A DNA stretch of 64,000 nucleotides from Podarcis vaucheri (taxonomy: Eukaryota), in assembly GCA_965113315.1 (NCBI GenBank), contig OZ220368.1. One strand, written 5' to 3'. The notes under the pieces are model-generated. The model worked only from the letters and a program-made list of their open reading frames with translations. It did no database searches and was not told the origin of the DNA. A program made the position numbers and the translations under genes. Below are positions 59,172-64,000 of the stretch, in pieces; position 1 is the first letter of the stretch; the number at the start of each line of letters is the position of its first letter.

Positions 59172-60300
59172 TGGTGGATGCGGACAATTTGGATCCCTTC
59201 CAATTGGGATTCAGGCCTCATCATGGGACTGAAACTGTCTTGGTCATGCTGGTCGATGATCTCCGGCGGGCTAGGGACAAAGGTGAAAGCTGTTTCCTAG
59301 TTCTGCTGGATCTCTCAGTGGCTTTTGATAACATCAATCATGACATCCTTCTGGACCATCTAGAGGAGCTGGGAGTACTATTATAAAGTGGTTCTGCTCC
59401 TTTCTCCTGGGCTGTGTCCAGAAAGTGGTGGTGAGGGATGAGTGTTCAGACCCCTGGGCTCTCACTTGTGGGGTGCTTCAGCATTCCATCCTCTCCCTCA
59501 TGCTTTTTAACATCTATATGAAACCGCTGGGAGAGATCATTAGGGGGCTTGGGCTGGGTGTTCATCAGTATGCAGATGAAACCCAGCTCTACTTCTCTTT
59601 CAAATCAGAACCAGTGAAGGCGGTGAAGGTCCTGTGTGAGTGTCGAGGTGGTTGGAGGATGGATGGCGGCTAACAAATTGAGGTTGAATCCTGACAAGAC
59701 AGAAGTACTGTTTTGGGGGGACAGGGGGCGGGTGGGTGTGGGGGACTCCCTGTTCCTGAATGGGGCAACTGTGCCCCTGAAGGAGCAGGTGCACAGCCTG
59801 AGAGTCATTTTGGACTCACAGCTGTCCATGGAGGTGCAGGTCACTTCCAGGGCAGCTGTCTACCAGCTCCATCTGGTACGCAGGCTGAGACCCTACCTGC
59901 CTGCAGACTGTCTTTCCAGAGTGGTGCATGCTCTAGTTATCTCCCACTTGGACTTATGCAATGCACTCTACATGGGGCTACTTTGAAGGTGACCTGGAAA
60001 CTGCAGCTAACCCAGAATGCGGCAGCTAGACTGGTGAATGGGAGTGACCGCCAAGACCACATAACACTAGTCCTGAAAGACCTACATTGGCTCTCAGTAC
60101 GTTTCCGAGCACACTTCAAAGTGTTGTTGCTGACCTTTAAAGCCCTAAATGGTCTCGGTCCTGTATACCTGAAGGAGCATCTCCACTCCCACTGAGGTCC
60201 AGGGCCAAGGGCCTTCTGGCAGTTCCCTCACTGCAAGATGTGAGGGTACAGGGAACTAGGCAGAGGGCCTTCTCGGTAGTGGCACCCTCCCCGTGGAGGG
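59172..60300 (+). mobile_element. L2 LINE fragment, frameshifted and deleted
   Basis: Aligns along its length with 15923-16890; LDPFQLGFRPHHGTET, LLDLSVAFD and YADE segments fall in broken frames. Confidence 0.92.
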
Positions 60301-61119
60301 TGCCACTACAATAAATCCTTATGCAATACTTCTTCTGTAGAGTTCTCAAATACTGAGCAGGGTAATTTAGAACTGTGAATTGCTCATAGCTTTGCTCTGA
60401 AAACTCCTGCACAAATAGGCACCATACCATATTCAGTAATATGATCATGCGAAGTTCAAATATACGAGAAAAATATTGATGGTTAGTCTTAAAGAATTCA
60501 GGAGAGTGTGGCACAAAAGTATTTTCAAATTGTCTCAATCTGATTGCCAATATCTATGATTTGGGGGGAAACTCTTTAGATCAAGTTTACAGTTAAATAC
60601 AGCAGAATGGGAATATTTAATCTTCATAAAGTTTTTGAAAATCAGAACTCTTATTGCACATCACTTTACTCCATGTTGATTTTAGACACATTGCCTTCTT
60701 TAAGTCTCTCTCTGTCTCTGTTTCTCTCCCCCCCCCCAATTTATTCTATTAAAATAAAAACCAACTAACAACAAAGTTAGTGCCTGAAGTGTGCCAATCT
60801 AACTGTGGCTTGGAGCCAACTCCACCCAATAAGCATCATATCTATATATTCATTTCATGGTATTGTTTTTATTCTTCTTGATAGATCTAAATTATCCCAC
60901 TTATATATACTAGATGTAAATAATATTAGCAAAAGGAGTACTGCTTTTTTTGTTTTAATCCTAGAATATTGCATGCAAACATGGCGTCCTATTTTTATTT
61001 CAATTTTATCCCATTTTTGCTTGATGGTGAATATTGCTTGATGAGGAATACTGATATTTTCCTATTTTTGATTGATGATGAATTGGATTTGTAAGATCCA
61101 TTTGTATATATGCCTAACC

Positions 61120-61279
61120 CAGTGCTTTTTTTCTTAAAAAACCCATTTTGACTCAAGAAAACCACCGTTTTATAGTTCAAATTGGGAAAAATAAATTCAG
61201 TAAATGGACAAAACTACAAAGATCCACAAAATGTTTAGGAGTATGCGTACCCCTGCATACCCCCCAGGAAAAAGCACCA
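61120..61279. mobile_element. hAT-type MITE
   Basis: Termini cagtgcttttt/aaaaagcacca; 6/8 TSD. Confidence 0.5.
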
Positions 61280-63348
61280 GCTTAGCCTATGGCAATTTTA
61301 TCCATGTTTGGGGAATGCATGGAAAATATACCTTGATTTTTAAACATGCTATTTCTTACGTTTAACAGAATCAGCTCTCTGAAAATTAGACTACCTGTTC
61401 CCTAACATAACTGCTGGCACATTACTGAGTCACTCAACCTTCTTACCTTGGACTCTTTGATATGCCTCCACCCTCCAATATTATGCATCAATGAGCTAAC
61501 TAAAAGACAAAAGGGCTATTTCTGATCTTTGAATATATTGAATATAAAGTTGCCTGTTTAGCATAGAATGAAATGAGGAAAATGTCCAAGAAAGGCCACA
61601 TCAGATCAGTTTAAACCATAACTCTGGCACCACAGCAGTCTTAGCAGTACAGTCCCTGCTTCCTGGTTTAATAAATATGTTTGCAGTTCTTCTGTTCTCC
61701 AGGTCACTCATGCCTAGATATTTGGTCCCTCATGCTATTCCAGGTTCCATAGCTACATGTGGGACTTTGAAGAAACTGCATATTGGCTCAGAAGGCCACA
61801 AAAGGTCTTTGATTCTTCTACTGAACAGCAAAGACCGAATCACAGTCTTTCTCCCCAATAGCTGTCAGATGTTGGAAGTGCTTAGCTACATTCTTCCTTA
61901 CTTTGAAAAGCTAGTCTATGCCTTGCTAATGCAACTACTGAGTTCTTGCTTTCTGGCCCAAGCTCTTACATTGATTTTACCATGACCTGCTTCCCCTTGG
62001 TTTACAAAGCAAAAATGCTCCCTAAATGGGGTTTTTCAAAAGCCCCGAGCTCTTTGTAACTATAATTGCCTCATAATATAATTAATGTAACTTAATTGTT
62101 CTGAATGTTCTTGAGCACATAGTCATCTTTTGAATCTCTAATGCATTGAGTCACAATGCTGATTTCACAGGAAATCATTCTTTGTCTAATAATAGACAGG
62201 TGGGGGGGTGAAGGATTCCATGCTTTACAGGGAGATGGAAAACTGTGCCTCTTCATGTCTACCCAAATGATTAGATTGGTGTCTGCTGTAAATTAAGCAA
62301 AAACAGATTTTCATTCATTGGCTCCAGTCTGAGCTATATCTGGCAGACAAATTCCAGAGACTACCATTACTTTCTATCTATAAAGACTGCGATAAAGACC
62401 GGATATTGTCCTATTAGCACACAGTAGCATGTTTGTGATACCAGTAAAGTGCTGATATAGTCAATTTAGATTTGTATTATTGTAATAATAGAACTTTGCT
62501 CCACCTTTCTTATTTTTATATATCATTGTGGTCTTTTCTTTTTAGATTTATAAAGCACCTATTCTCAGGCCAAATTGCAACCCTACCCAAACCAATTTAC
62601 AGCTTAAAATATCACAGAACATAACCTTCACATGAAAAAAAAGATACATCTTTCTACGTACAGATTCTTCCATATTCATCCATTAAATGCTTATTCAAAT
62701 AAAAGAAGCATCACTGCCAGCAGATGCTCCGATCACACATCATTCAACAGTGAGGTTTTAAATACACATTTGGAAAATGAGAAACTAATGTATCTTGCAA
62801 GAGACTTTTCAGGGAAAATGGTGAGAGTAAATATATCATCATAAGGAGCATGGTGCATGATGGGGAACCTTATAAGTTACGAAGCCAACAAATGCTTTCT
62901 CCCTCACACCCACCAGCAATACAGATTATTACAGGGATATGGGAGCTGGCATTTTAGCAAGAATGTAGATGTGGAATTTATCATTTTAAGTGTAAAGCAT
63001 GATATGCCATTCGGTACTTAAATGCAAAGCTGGGCATTGATGGCATCGTACCAGATTACTCTGTGCATCCTTCTTTATATACACTTTAATTACATAAGAG
63101 ACAAAGAAAAGTTCTTTGGAGATTAGGTAACTTGTCTTCTGTTCAGTGTACAATGCTAGCAAATTTCAAATGCTACAGTTTTAGGTTTGTGAATTTCATG
63201 GTTTTGGAAAGAAGGAACATAGTTATGTGAACGAGCACATGTTTAGCATGGAGAGGATCCCATAGTTAACCACTGGCATTTTCAGCTAAAAGAAACTCCA
63301 AAGTGCAACTTCAACAGACCTCTGTGTGAAACCTTTGAGAGTCACTGC

Positions 63349-63538
63349 CAGTGCCAGATTAAACCCTGTGGAGGCCCTTAGGCAGTCAAAATCTTAGGGT
63401 GGGGGGCTCACAGATTATCTCCTAATCTGTTTTTTACTTTACCAGCCAACAATTTTAATAAACCAAGTGGTGGGGGCCCTAAAAGGCATGGGGCCCGTAG
63501 GCTGGCACCTACTTTGCCTATTTGGTAATCTGTCGCTG
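63349..63538. mobile_element. hAT-type MITE inserted in a SINE relic
   Basis: Termini cagtgccagatta/taatctgtcgctg; 7/8 TSD g(t/c)cactgc. Confidence 0.7.
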
Positions 63539-64000
63539 GCCACTGCCAGTTGGAATAGCCCATACTCTGCCGGCTAGAATTGATCAGGTTCTTTGTATTC
63601 AGATAATAAAATATATTTTACTGATCAGCTTCTGTGCATTCTGGGTTATCATTCGGCTTTCAAATACTGAGTCATTCTAGATCATTGCAGTGCTTGATTT
63701 AGCTGAGTTACCATATTCCTTACCTGGAGATCCTGAAAGAATGGTAGGTGAGAGCCTTCCACAGAAATAGGTAGTTTCTCTTAGAAGATTATGACCACTA
63801 GTCACCAGTTTTCTCTTGCCAGAGTTTGAGATCTTGGTTGTGATGTGTCAGTCACCAGTTAATTGTATAGTCCTGAAGTGACAACCCAGGGCTTAAGGGA
63901 TGTTGCTATTTACTAAGTCCAAATCTTAGAAGTAGTTGCTAGAGATGAAAGTATATTTGGGTTATGTAGGGAGCATCTTGGTTTACACCGTAATAAATCC

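Noticed and set aside
1-64000. Numerous other 60-160 aa ORFs in the track
   Set aside because: No recognisable domains, many use non-ATG starts; expected by chance in non-coding DNA.

Overview
Vertebrate non-coding DNA, almost certainly from a squamate and probably a lacertid lizard (Sauria SINEs, BovB, lizard-type L2/CR1 and Penelope families). No host protein-coding exon is recognisable, so the window looks intronic or intergenic. Every long ORF is retrotransposon-derived. Contents: one apparently full-length, ORF-intact BovB LINE (36555-39770, 13-bp TSD); young 5'-truncated CR1 and L2 copies; older L2/CR1/RTE relics; five Sauria SINEs in two subfamilies; a Penelope-like element with a 719-bp inverted duplication beside an assembly gap; two mini-Penelope insertions; many hAT and Tc/mariner-pogo MITEs; a probable non-autonomous Helitron; and LTR-like (solo-LTR or DIRS/Ngaro) remnants. 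Best leads: (1) a double-domain ENE-like fold (poly(A)-clamping triple helix) upstream of the poly(A) signal of an LTR-like element at 26354-26403 (-); (2) four minimal, dimer-dependent hammerhead ribozyme cores in Penelope sequences; (3) covariation in the 3' stem-loop shared by BovB and the Sauria SINEs; (4) long-range templated insertions, one copying an IRF/PRDM1-like motif over about 24.7 kb. All coordinates and alignments were read by eye and no searches were run.
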